Source of the DNA: Marsupella aquatica
Taxonomy: Eukaryota > Plantae > Marchantiophyta
Assembly: GCA_973895155.1 (NCBI GenBank)
Contig: OZ316895.1
Coordinates: 22,828,558-22,892,557 of the forward strand
Reading direction: 5' to 3'
Length of the DNA: 64,000 bases
Shown: positions 37,039 to 50,180 of the stretch, piece by piece
Numbering within the stretch: position 1 is the stretch's first letter
Layout of the letters: every line of letters begins with the position of its first letter
Made by a program: the position numbers and the translations under genes
The notes under the pieces: generated by a model
The model's input: only the letters and a program-made list of their open reading frames with translations
Told to the model about the DNA's origin: nothing
The model's database searches: none

Positions 37039-37132
37039 TTTTGTAAGTTGGAACTTGGAAGCCTCTTTTCTGGACACTGGATCGAAGGAAACTATAAGAA
37101 TTTGACGTTCATATGTCGATCCTGCAGCAAGA

Positions 37133-37182
37133 CTAGTACCAGATAAGTATAGGCGTTCACTCTGAGACGGAGTGAACGCCTA
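37133..37182 (-). mobile_element. Helitron-type 3' terminus (hairpin + CTAG)
   Basis: A perfect 13-bp stem TAGGCGTTCACTC / GAGTGAACGCCTA (37150-37182) is followed on the minus strand by 13 nt, then CTAG (37136-37133), then T. This is the canonical Helitron 3' end geometry. The 5' TC end was not located. Confidence 0.6.
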
Positions 37183-40100
37183 ATGGTCTGATCGCGGGAG
37201 GTTCTATAATTTTTCGTAACGTAAGCCACAACTCCTAGTTGGTATCCACAGCTCCTGGTTCGTATACGCAGGGGGCAAGGCTACCACGATGCAGAATGAT
37301 GTGGTTCCAACGATGTATCCCAGGTGATACATTTGTAATTGACGGTGAATTCAATGAAGATGATGCATTTTCTAGAAAGAAAGGGCCACCAGCTATACAA
37401 CTATGAAGAGATAGCCCAACGAATATCCATCCCCATAATGCACTATTTAACTGAGTCCATGATATCGATAACCACGAAGGTGTGTTCCTTCCCCCACAAG
37501 CGTATATTCGAGCAGATTCTTTAGCAGAAAGGAATTCAATATACCGACGAAGTGATGTGGGAAGCGTTGAGTGTGAAAGACATCTTGAGATCTGAACGTT
37601 CTATGCAGTTTTGGCACGTCCGCTCTAACTCAAAGGGGCAAGCTTCCAAGAAAAACGCATTATGTTGTCGAATGTATAGTTTGCTAGCTATCAGTTTAGG
37701 GTTTGCCAACGGCGCTTCTGCAGTAGCATTTTTGGACCGAAAGATTTTCTGTGTGGATGACGGAGGTCGTCACAGACTGACAGTCGTTTCGGGGAGACCA
37801 ACGAAGATGAACTTGTTTTGTCTGTCATACTCATCTAGACTGTTCCTAAATCTACAGTGGCTTCTTGAGCCGAATCTCGTCTAACCCATTGTATAAATTA
37901 GTGCTCTACCCGCAGCTTCCATGATCCTCCTCTTAATCACTTTCTTGCCACCTCCCTTTGAGGTAGGGTCACAGACTAACAGTAGTTTGGAGTGACAGGC
38001 AACGAAGATGATGGTGTCCTTCTGTTTTCCTCGTCGTTTAGATTGCTGTTAATTCTGGTTTCTTGAGCCGAATCTTGTCTGACCTAATTTATGAATCAGT
38101 ACCCTTCCCTCAGCTTCCATTGCCCGTATTTTATGATTTCCCTCCCAATCACTTCTTCACCGCCTCACATTGGAGTTGGTGCGAAGGCATCCACACAAAG
38201 TTGGAAGGCTTGAAGCTACCGAAGCAGTAAGGAAGCTAGCTTGAAGGCTAGCTTGAAGCTACCGAAGCAGTAAGGAGCTCCAACCAGTTCTTTGTGTGTA
38301 AGATTTGACCAGACACCAAACTAGTTATCGCAACTCGAAGATTTTCATTCAAGTAAATTATTAGGAATTTAAGCTCGGCACTCGAGTAAAAAGCTATACA
38401 TCCACAGGACTTCCTTCTATCCCTTTGGGGTAGACCAGCCGAATGACATGTGGTTCAAAACCGAAATTCCGCATTGAAGATCAATTATGGAGGTCCTCAA
38501 AATGCAATGATCTGGATTAATTATGGATTGTGTCCACCATTGAAAACCCGATTGAAATCAATCAGCAGTCGGAATTTGGTGTCCTGATTAATATGCCCTC
38601 TTGACATGATTGAGCTCAAGCTGAGCCCAAGAACATACCTATCAAAGGTTCTCACAAGACCCACTGCTAATCTAAATGTTACCTCCGAACCAGATCTCTT
38701 AGTGTCTGCTCATGTAAAGCCTCCTTAAGTTTGAGGCCCATCTTTGCAATCTGCACTTCGAGCTGCTTCAGTGACCGGTGAAAGCACGCCTTGGGGCCCT
38801 TCTTTCTTGTGACCTTTTTATTCTGATGGCCTTGTTCTATCCCCCCACCCTCACATGCCGCCCCCCCCCCCCCTTTTAATTGAGGATTACTACTGGACCC
38901 TGCACCATTTTGACACAATTACCATACTAGCTCAACAAAGCCAATGTTGAAACACAGTGTGCAACAGTATCCACAGAACTGCCTTGCAAATCGCTCATAA
39001 AATGATTTAGTTTACATGAGTAAATAAATAAATAAATAAATGTATCCATAGGAATACCGTACAGATGTACAGTAGTTAGGTCTGAACCACAACAGCTACA
39101 CTACCCAGCACAATTGTTGTGACAGCAGAATTAGTCTTACCAGTGAAAAAGTGTGACACTATTTCCAACTATTTCAGTGTGACTCTATATCCAGGCTGGA
39201 GGTTATTTTCACCATCGATAGCACTAACTGTGTCTGTTGGGTCACGCTAATTGCAGGTTTTGGGCTGACAGTAGATATGGTTTTTTTAGAGGGAGACAGC
39301 CTATGAGTAAGTTCTGCAACTTGCTTGCAGGTAGGGAAAATCTGGTTTATCTTTTTTTGTATTTTTTAATTATCTAATTCCTTCAACTACCACAAGCGCT
39401 GGTGTTGTATAATACAGTTGACCTGTCCCAGGCGGTTTTCTGGCAGACAACCCATATTACGTGCAGTCAGTGATTCAACTAAAGACCTGCTTGTCAAAGT
39501 TAGGACTAGGCACCAGTCAGCTGGGGTTGTCAATTCTGCTCTTACTTCTTACAGAATTATGAACTTTACTACATCCCTATTAAATAACGCTGAGATACAT
39601 TGTGGGATTTTTGACTCCACATGCAAAGTGATTCAAAACTTGCAATTAGTTTCAGAATTCTTAGAAATCTTGTGCATTGGCATGCGCCGTAAGTGCCTCC
39701 AAGTAGCACAACAACCAATGGCTTCATCAAATGGCCAGGAGTAGTCATTTAACTCTTTTGACCCATCATGGGGGATTAAGAAGAGGTTTAGAAAATATTT
39801 CTTTAGTAATTAAAAGATCTTTACATTTTGTGGACGAACATTATGTATTCTTTAATCCAATTTTGAGCATTCTAATTAAGAAAAGATAGAGTTTACTAAA
39901 ATATTCCAAAACTACAAGGATAAAATGTTAAAAGATTTTTAAGTTTGTAAGGGGTTTATTACCAAGCAACTGTGTGTGTGATATGATGTGACCTGTATGT
40001 GACCCCCCTTGGAGTGAGGCCCCAAAGCCCAATGGCAGACAGCCCACACCAAAATGGAGAGCCTCTCCTGCCCCTTTCCAAAATGGCCATGCTTCAAGAA

Positions 40101-43100
40101 CATGCTGATAGGAAAGGTATGAGGATCCAATACATCTATTATGGCATGCTTGAGTTTTGAGAGACTATTCCACAATGCTCTGGAACCATGAACTTAATAC
40201 ATTTAAAGGAGGCTTGAGAATTCAATTTTTACTAGTTTTAGTAAAAAATGAAGCAGAATCGTCATAAGCAGGCGATATATAGGAGATCCAAATCTTTTCC
40301 TAAGACGCACCTAAAAATGCAGAGGGAAAAATCACGAAAGCTAGTAAGAGCAGAAAAAAATCTCGTTGAGTTGAGAAGACCTGATTTGATACTCTGGATT
40401 CCTTGACTGACAGCTCTTCACGAGAAAAGCTCGAGTGAGTGCGCACATGATAATGATAATGATCATGCAGTGATGTACTTGTTCAATGTTGGGGCAATAT
40501 ATTGTACAGACCTCGACTGCAGCCAGCCTCGGAACATAATATAACGATTGAAAGGTGAGCGGAAAAATGTAAACGCTTTGCCCATTTTTCGTTTCCCACG
40601 GACTGACGAGGCAGAGTGGTGTGCGGATCATGAACGAGTCGGCTCTGCGCTGTGAAGGCCTGCATTAAATCGGGGGCGATTGGTCTTTTGAGTGCATGCG
40701 AGGTAAAGTGATTGCAAGCTGGCCGCTGGTGGAAAGGTGCTGCTGGTCGACTGACTCCTTGCAATCGATCCCAAGTACGATTACACATATTTGGGAAGTA
40801 GGTGCACTGCCCGTACCTCATCGACGCTTTATGGCGGACGCTTTGAAGGTGGGGCTGGCAGGTAGGCAGGCAGAGTCATATTGTATGCATTCTGCAACTT
40901 TCTCGATCAAGTGGTATAATCGATTGCGAACAACATCTTCGTGCCGGGCTGTCGAGTCAAATGCTGCATGCGCCGGGGGCTGGCAACATCAAATCTATGA
41001 ATACGGTAAGTCGTGAGACACAGGAGACACTAAGAATCCGCTAGACCCGCTCGGAGCACGGTCACCGACAAGCAGACAGCAATATGCGATCGATCGAGCA
41101 GGAATGAAAGCTAGCTCGCATCATGAACAGATGTCCACTCACAGCTGATGCATGCATGAGGCCTCTGCGACTAACTGCAGCCGAAGCCTTTACAGTGGAC
41201 TGCATTATCGTCGCGCGGGAGAGAGCTTCGGTACCACCACTTTACAACTGGATGGAACAGCAGAAGGATTTGGAATAGTCCACTAGCTCGCCAAAAAGTG
41301 CTTGCACAGCACCTGCAGATAAATCTGACTGCCTCAGTCTGCGTCGAGCGCCTCGCCAGTAAATGTCGTCGTCAGGGAGGGAGGTAGATCGGATCGACCG
41401 GCTTCGAGTATAGTAGCACCCGGAGCTTGAGCATTAGTGTGCATGGTTTGTTGGTAGAGCGTGGTGCATGGGACTAGAAGGTGAGCGATTTCTCGTTCTA
41501 GATCTCATGCCAAGCGCAACCTGCACTGTATTGAGGACGTACAAGATGAGCCGTCATGCTCTGTCACCATCCGATTTCAGGCTCGAAATTCACTCCACAG
41601 AGAGGGTTGAGAGTTGTGTACACAATTTACTGAACGACGGCTTCGATGCTTCAATATTGTGGTCACATGACGTCCAGCTTTCGAGAGTTACATAATGCGG
41701 GACGTGGTTCAACGTCAGCAAGCTATGGGTAAACTTCACAAATCCGGCTGGAGCCTCGAGTACCCAAGGCGTACGTAGTGTCCAGTGCCGAGTACTTCTA
41801 GGCAGTCCAAAATACATCATTCGGACGTTACGTGAAAACCCATCATACACGACCTGAATTCATTCAAATTGGGTTATATGCCTACTCAACTATCGCGCAC
41901 ACAATCCATTTGACAGCAATAATTCTACGTAGTTCTGACTCACTTCGACGCACAATCATTAGCCACTTCTATCGATAAGCATGAGCGGCGCGTAAAATAG
42001 ATTTGATGCAGAGACTTCATCCTGAGCTAAGTTGATCGATTGTGTAAACCTCGCGTACTGTCATTGAACATGGATTGTGTGTTGAAAACAAAGCACGATT
42101 GCATCCCATTCCGCAATGCAAACTTTGACATCTCAACTTCCATACATAGAAACTCTCGTTGGCAACCAAACCGCGCGAAGACACAATCAAAGACTCGCCA
42201 CACAAGTTTCAGAGTGCTCACTGCCCCCTACAAAGCATCCAAATTAGATACTTCGATATTGCACTTAAAAGGTCCATTGTTCCGGTCGGTCGATGATTCG
42301 TCAGAGGGCTTCTTCTTATTTTTGATCATCGAGCTAACTTAATTCGTCGGTTCAAATTCAGCTTTGAATCTTGCTTTCCCTGTGCTCATCATCGTCGTCT
42401 CTAGCTGTCATGAGCACAACACGAGACGGATTTCTAGCCTCAATCGCCAGCTGGCTCCGGCAAGCTACTTGCCTACCCTGCAGTGTGCCTGGTAGCACTT
42501 ATTTCGAAGTTATATTGTCTAACATGATCTAACCTGTCGATATCCGTCGACATCAATCGTCTGCCGCTAGCTAGTATACAAGTATGACAACAACGATACT
42601 GAATTAAGTGTATCGATGTCTAGGGTTCTCTCCGTGACCACGATCTAACAAGTACCCAAAATCGCGATGACTAGCTACTAAAGACAAAGGAACTACGCCT
42701 AATGAGTAACCGTGATTCACATGGTATCCCCCTCGTGCAGGGACCGATGTGTGTAGGTCTGTCTGTATGAATTACGGGTGCCAGGTAGCTGGATATTTGG
42801 CATGCACGCATGTGTGCGGAGTGTAGAAGAATACGCCTGATTCGAAGCTATCACTGAATCGAGCACCGGTCAGGACGTTTCAGTACACTTTCGGTAGGTA
42901 CATCCACCATAATCGCTGTCGTGTGGACCATAGACCCAGCTCTATATGTATAGCTATCTACTAATATACAGGAGTGCCAGAAGCTATGTACTAAAATGCC
43001 ATCTACTATAGTACTATTTCAAATCGGGAGGACCTCCCGGAGTCCCAGCTAGGCCAGGCCTTCTTTACTCGATAACCTGGAAAGAATTTCATCACACAAA

Positions 43101-43496
43101 ACACTGGCCCGAGATGCGCGCGCTGACGTAATTGGCAACCGCAAGGAGTTTTGTCCCCGAAATTTGGTCCCAGTTGAGCAACTAGGAATGTGGGTGTCTT
43201 GAGGTTGTTGAAGATCTCCGTCTACCTTCAGTTGTAGAATGCTCCCCCGGCAGCCTGGTAAGGATTGCTGGATTTGGAGACAGATGCTACACACGGCAAA
43301 TGGTGCCCTCTTCACTTCATGCTCTATGTCGTTGCGGACTACCAGGCAATATTGGACACCAGGTAGTCCACAACGACAGTTCAGGGCCCCAGACAGAAGA
43401 TCATTCGAGGTTCGAAAGCTGTGGGACAACTTAAGATTAGAAAGATCCCAATTGAAAAGGAACCGGGAAGGATAGATATGGCGATCAATCACATGC

Positions 43497-46400
43497 CTAA
43501 TTTAAGATGGCACAGTTGCGCCTTATCGACCCCTGTCCGCCAGGAGTCCCAGTAATGACATTCAAGGTCCCCAACTTGATGATCGCAGAACCGAAATTGG
43601 CGTTGAATGACATTGTGGGGCCTGCGCTGCCATTTCCAGCGTAAGCCGTAACGACGGGTCCTGTGTACGGGTCCATACCGATGTTCTGATCAACTTCCAG
43701 AATTCCATGGCCTTGTTGAAGTTGCTTGTAGTAGCTGTTATCTATGGCATTGATGGTGCCTTGATCAAGAGCTACAGCCGGGTCCGGGAACACCGGTGTG
43801 GTCGGATTGGGGCAAATAGTCTTGAGACTGGCCACCAGTTTGGGATCCATGCTCGTCGTTGCTTGACCTGTGCCCTGGTAGTTATACAGTCTGTAGCTGA
43901 ATGTTTGGCAGAACGTTGCCCCTACGCTGTGTGCGCCTGCAAGAATCAGAAACCAAGGGCAATTGTCGTCAGTTCCAACTTCAGGTCCTTTAGATTGAAA
44001 CTCGCAAACTTGAGGATTTTGAATGGGGTAGCATTCGTCTTTGAGGTCATTCAAGTGCTTCAAAGCTTCAGACAATCTCATTTCGTCTCAAGCAACTACC
44101 CTCAAACGCCTACAATTGTCACTTCAGGTATTCGAAGGGGGAACTCGAAGGAGCAGATGAATTTTGACAGATACAGTTAACAGAACAGGTAGAGGCGCAA
44201 CTGTTCATGTCTTGTTCGTTAAGCAGATGGAAATAATTTCCCTCGCTACTGCTGTATTCCTTTGGAGAATGTGAAAGGTGAAGGGTCAGCGAGATATCGC
44301 TCTCGGTGATACTCTCTTCGCGTCCAGAGACACCCTGCAGCAAGGTTAGTCCCTACGACGGACTGAGAACGAAGATCCCGAAGCCTCTCCGACTACTCAC
44401 GTGCTAATGAGTTGGAGTCGTGACTATGCTGAATTTCCTGGTGAGCGATTCTAGTTAACCTTGACACTCTAATTACGTCGCGTACTAGCTTCTAACGGAA
44501 ATTCTTGGGACCGCCTGAAGTCTCGAAGATTTCGCGAAAGACGTGTACCATGAATTGGACGAGATTGGATGAGAATGGATTGAGCCCTGAGGTCGAAAGA
44601 GCTCAATCATTCTAGAAGAATTACAGCTCTACGAAATATTCCAATTCAACGAGATTCAAGATTGACCAGCTTAACTCGATAGACTCCGCCGTTACTACAG
44701 ACAACTTATGAACTACTCCAACGAAACTCGATCCCGAATATCTGGTTATCGATAGCTGCAAGAATCTAGCTCGTGTATGGCGTAGATGGCGTACAACAAC
44801 TTCGCAATGCTGCCGAAATGCTTTGTCTGCACGGTGGTCTAACTTCTACACGAAGTTTCATTTGAACAGCCGTCCAATTTTCTAGGGCTTACTATGTCAA
44901 TGAAGTAAGTCGTCAAGAAAGGTACAAGGAAGTTGAACTGTGCAGCCTGTGACTCCAAGAGCTTTCAAAGAACTAGAATCGAAGTCAATTCGCAACTGAA
45001 GGTGTAATCGTAAAGATGTCAGGAGCCCAATAGTTTCCAGGAGTATACCTATCAGAGTTACGAAGTCGTAAATACTGAACCCCTGAGCAGCAAACGCCTG
45101 AGCGGCTGCTTGTGCCGAATCTGTCGGAGATGGAAGTCCATTCGTCGCCTGAGACGCTGTGGTGACGGCGCGAGTGTCTAGTCTTCCGGTTGGAATTTGA
45201 AATGACGGTCCTCCGAGCTGCACATAGGCCCGAAAAAACTTAGAAATCCGCCATGATTGAAATACGAAGAAACGGGATCGTCAATTAGCGGTTCGATCAC
45301 AAGAACTTCAAACACTTCGTCGTAACATTTGCCCACTCCCCATATGAAATTTATTCCAGTCGTCGATCTGTTGGAGTATTTGACAATCCATGCTGACTCC
45401 TTCGCGACTAAATCTTGCTGGAGAATGCGAACATCTTATGAACCTTCTATCGGCGTACCCTCTATTGAAGCAATGGATAGATCATGGATTCATTCCCAGG
45501 TCTAGATTACGTTGCCAGCCAGGGCAGACGATTTGATTGTTCAAACGTATTTCGCACAGTTCAGCATCAAAATCGATCAAGCCTGCCAGTCTATTCTATT
45601 TGCACGATGCTTATAGAGGCTAACTCAAGACCAATTTAGACGCGAATCGCGAACATACCAGACCGATGGCGTCACGGGTCATAAGGGCTTCGATATCGGC
45701 ACATGAAACAATGCCAGGGCAAGTAGACTCCAAAACTGCTTTCGCAGCATCGATCAAATCGAATCCAGCAACGGAGAGATTCGGAGTGGCTGCCTTCTCT
45801 GCCTGGTTCGTTGCCGTGGAGTTCACGAGTAACGATCCATCGCATCCCTGCACAATAAAATCCAACGACGAGGCGTCAATCGAGAGGATCTTGTCGAGAC
45901 CAAGGAAATTGAAGACCCGCCAGCGGCCACCTATCACCTTCAGGAGGATTTCTGCAAGGCCAAAGAAACTTCAACATTTTCCGGCTAGCGATCAATCTTT
46001 ATTCCAAACTCTCGTTGGTAGCAGCAATTTGACTTCTATACTCTGTACAATTCATTTCCTCATCAAACAACTGTTGCACAATTCCTAATTCAGAACTAGA
46101 AGGTTTCAACGTCGTTGTTTAGCCGAGTACTTCGTGAAGCAACACGCACTACATATCAGCTCGGATATCACGATCTTTGAATTGGTGAGACTTTTGGCAT
46201 CACAATTTTCCTTGAACTAAGAATCCGGATTAACCTCGATTTGTCTATTCTTGTGGCCATCTAGGAACAAGTCCACTAAAATAGCAACGATTATTCTTCA
46301 TTCAAGACAAACCAGGTGCCTGCAGGTGATGCTCTGTTGCCAATTTCTCTTATCAAGGTGACCTTTGAATGAAGCTGTTAATCGCGATGGCATCGATCTA

Positions 46401-46994
46401 TACTCTAATAGATTCCTGATTGCATGCATAACTGAGGTCAGCAAAAATGATGCGGGGATTGACATCGACGCAGACTGGACGAAGGTCGAGTGCGAATGCA
46501 AAACTGGGAAGTACGTAACGACTACCGATAACAGTCATCCCGTTTCCCATACACCATATAGGATCAAAATATCTCCAAGCAAGCAGGGAATGCGTCGTGG
46601 ACATCTGGGAATTTGGCCGCACAGGAAGCTGAGAAATCCTTTGAGTAATAGCAATTTTTCTTTCAAAATGGTTCCAAGCTCACGGAAGCATGATGAGTAC
46701 CGTGACGAAGCATTCGTGGAAGAACATCCTTAGAAGTTGAGCAGGTGCCTTAACGTCCGCATTGAAGCGATTGTTGAGAATGCTGGTGACGATGCTCTCG
46801 GCATTTGGGCAAGAATTGCTGTAATACCCAATTCGAAACGACGAATTTCCTCCGTAAGGTGCGAACGTTGCCCTGCACACAGGGACTCGTTGTAGTATCA
46901 TGGCTACCACTACTAGAACTCGGAGCGCCAGAGCTACCTGCACCATCGCCCCAGTCTCGGAATTCCTCGCATGTTGCAGTCTTGAGTTTGCCAT
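43497..46994 (-). CDS. Class III secretory plant heme peroxidase
   Basis: Exons are 46994 (or 46946)-46701, 45847-45659, 45217-45049 and 43936-43497, at the classical class III intron positions. The protein has a signal peptide, YYSNSCPNAESIV, distal LLRMFFHECFVTGCDGS, VSCAD, GRLD, proximal GAHSVG, DNSYY and IRRNC. All eight conserved Cys are present. Confidence 0.95.
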
Positions 46995-49900
46995 TTCGCT
47001 CCAACATTCAGCTCCGGTAGCGATCGGTTGGGCTTGATGCAAAAATTGTCTTCCAGCAGAGATCTGTCGAAACAGGTCTTCTGCGGTTGGAAGGTATTTC
47101 ACATCTGCTTCTAGTCTGCCTCTAGAGCATGAAAATGCTATATTCTCGATGCTCCCGATTCCAATGCTTGAATTTCAACAGTCAGCCAGACAGATGGACA
47201 GACTGGCGCCTGGGCAGTGCTAGCAGATCACCACTCAGCCCTGGCTAGAGCCTAGCTCTCTCTCGAGCCTAGTGCAGCAATCGCTTCTGCGTCTTTCTAC
47301 ACTAACATGTAAAGTTCTCATAACACTGTAGTTATTTGTCTTCGGCGAGCCCTCACTTGCCCTCTAGCGCTTGCACTGCTGCCTGCCTCGAGCTCCCTCG
47401 ACCATTAATAAACTCTAGATGTCAGAAGAACCCCGTCACAGATTCAGTCGGCCCACAGCGCTAAAGGGAGCAAGAATCTACTCTTCTGTCTGGAGATCTA
47501 GAGGTAGACCTACAGCTAATTCTGAAGAGTGAGTTCAATTTATTTTTCTCCGATACTACTCGCTCTCCCACTCGCACACAAACTCACGAACCGTCCTTGT
47601 GTGCCTTGCAGTGTTGTTGTTATTTAATTATGCACTGTAGGCAGCAATTGAACGTGCAAAGAAGAAGAAGAGCAGCAGCAGCAGTGCTGCAGGAGTGGGC
47701 TGACGGAGAAGCAACTTCGGTCCAGGACTGTTCCTCGCTGCTCCGAAGCTTTACCAGGGTGGGATCACTATCTTCGTGCCTGCAGCTGGACCGCACTACA
47801 CAAGGGCTTCGCGTGCTGTGCCCTGCTGCCCTTTCAAATCAATAGCACTTTGTACGCCTTTCAGGGTTTCTCAACTGTGATCCTGCGACAGTGATTGACG
47901 GTGCAAGTCATGATCACTGCAATGAATGCGTAAATTAAATGCCTCTCTTAGCCCCGATTCCCACCAGCAGCAGCGGCGCCTATCTCAGCTCTCCTCATCA
48001 GTCCTCCCTTTTTGCGTCTGCATCTTCTTTCAGTCACAGTCATATATTTTGGTGTCCAACTGGACGTCCTTCGGCCCTTCCCGAGGTGTAGCTACCATGG
48101 GTTGTCAGCGTAGCCTGGCTGCTGAAGCACCTATCGAACTGTAGCAATGCTCTGTAAGTCGTTGTTGCGTTTGTGCTTGAAATGCATGAATGCTACCATG
48201 CTATATAGTAAAGGAGCGGTCATCAGGGTGAATTAAACCCGCCTCCCCAAGACACTCCCCTGTTGTCTCCTCCCACCGGGACCCCTGATAAACTTCCAGC
48301 GAAGCTCGAACTCGTATTATTAGCTAGAATCTCGATCGGGTGCCAGCTCCTCCGGTTCCTGGACTCGTATGAGCCTAGTACTACTGGGTACTCCAACAAA
48401 AAGCCCTTCGGTTCCGGAACTGATAAGACCCGAGTAATTAAAATTTGTTTCAACTTCTTTTTCAGGCAAGAGCCCCATGACATAGCTACGGCATCAATTT
48501 GCTCACTCCCCCTTCCTGGGCGAACGAACAGACGTGAGCGATACCCATTCGCCTAGCTCTGCTCACATTCCGCAAAAGATGGTTAACGCAGTCAGAGCCC
48601 ATACGTACCCGCCCCCCATCTGGCCGGGCTTCGCAATTGCCAGTAACAAGCATTCGACCACGTACAGAGAAGCTTTTAACGCAATCCACGGTATATCGGT
48701 GAATCAGATCTACAGTCACGAGTAACAATCTGTTAATTTAAGCAGAGAATAGGCGGAGTACTCAAACCTACACTCACGCCTTCTAATTGGCAAACAGAGT
48801 TTTGAGAACAGAAAAGACGATTGACTGCTTAATAACTATCATTAAAGCACAAGAAAATTATATATCTCATGCTGCCAAAGTACCAAAAGCGCCTAACCGG
48901 GACCCGACCTGGCAGGGTAATTAGAGCTACAAGCATTCTAATTGAGAAAGAGGATTTGGCGAACGCAAAAGATGGTTGACGCACCCAGAGCCCTACGTAC
49001 CCTGCCGGAGGCTTACAATAGCCAGTCTGTAATCACAATCGACCATTCAGAGAGAAGCTTTAACGCAATTCGCGGGACATCGGTGAAATCAGATCGATCT
49101 ACAGTCAGTAGAAAAAAGCACAAGAGCATTGGCGGGGTAATTAGAGCGACAAGCAACTCTACTGTAAATTGACAAGCAAGTTTCTGAGAATTTCTGCTGT
49201 TACACCTACTTCATGTTGGAATCTAATAACACAGAATCAAGTGTGCTGTGAATATTGTAAAGATGTCAGAAACGAATTAGCGGGAAAGGTGACGACGAGT
49301 CGCGGGGAGCCGCAAAAGCTGCTTTCCAAGTTGAGCACCTCTGACACGAACTCCACTAGTAAGCTTCACTCAACCCCTAAGAGGAGCACTACGGTAAGCA
49401 CTGTAGCTACCGACCTGTCAATCATAGCGTCGTAGAGAGATTCAGCCAATGCAATCCGAAACAGTTTTAATAGACTCTAGCTAGCTAGCTGCTGCTGCTG
49501 CCGCTGTGGATCGTCATTCTGAGGATTACAGCCGGATATGAGACGATCCAAAGCTTCATGCGTACCGTCGAGAATTCCAAAAGCAGAGTGATGAAGCTTG
49601 CCTCGTTAGCGGATCCCGATTTGGGCAGTGATCTCGATCAAGCAGCTCTGCTTTCCGCCTTTCGATCAAGTCGCTCAATCAACGCAGGAAGACGGTCTTC
49701 CGCGGTTGACGAGCCCTGACGACCATGCCAGCCAGCTTGATCGAGGAGTCGGGGACGGGACAGCCATTGACAGGACTCGGAAAGAATGTCGGACAGCGAC
49801 CAATATTAATGTAATTGAAACATCAATTCGAACTCCGCTGGCGAAGACTACCGGTCCAAATCGGACCCAATTCAATTTAGCGTCGCGGTTTTTGAATTTG

Positions 49901-50180
49901 GCCACAGAATTTGTCGAAGGATTCTCTGAACCTGACACTGGATTTTCTGGGGTTTTCCCAGCTAAACGTTGAGCTTTAGAAACTGAAGGATTCCACTCAG
50001 TGTATTTTTTAAGCTTTTTACTTTTTCGAGTGGGCGAATGTCCAGTGTTATCGTGTGATTCTAGTCAGTGTATTTTTTAAGATTTTTACTTTTTCGCCAG
50101 AGTGGACGTCCCGTGTTATCGTGTGAAGGAGAAGATTCTCAAAATATCACTTAGAAGATACTCAAGATATTACTTTGTTA

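Noticed and set aside
43025-43052. Second Helitron 3' end (CGGGAG-GAC-CTCCCG ... CTAG)
   Set aside because: The stem is only 6 bp and CTAG is followed by G rather than T, which is compatible with chance.
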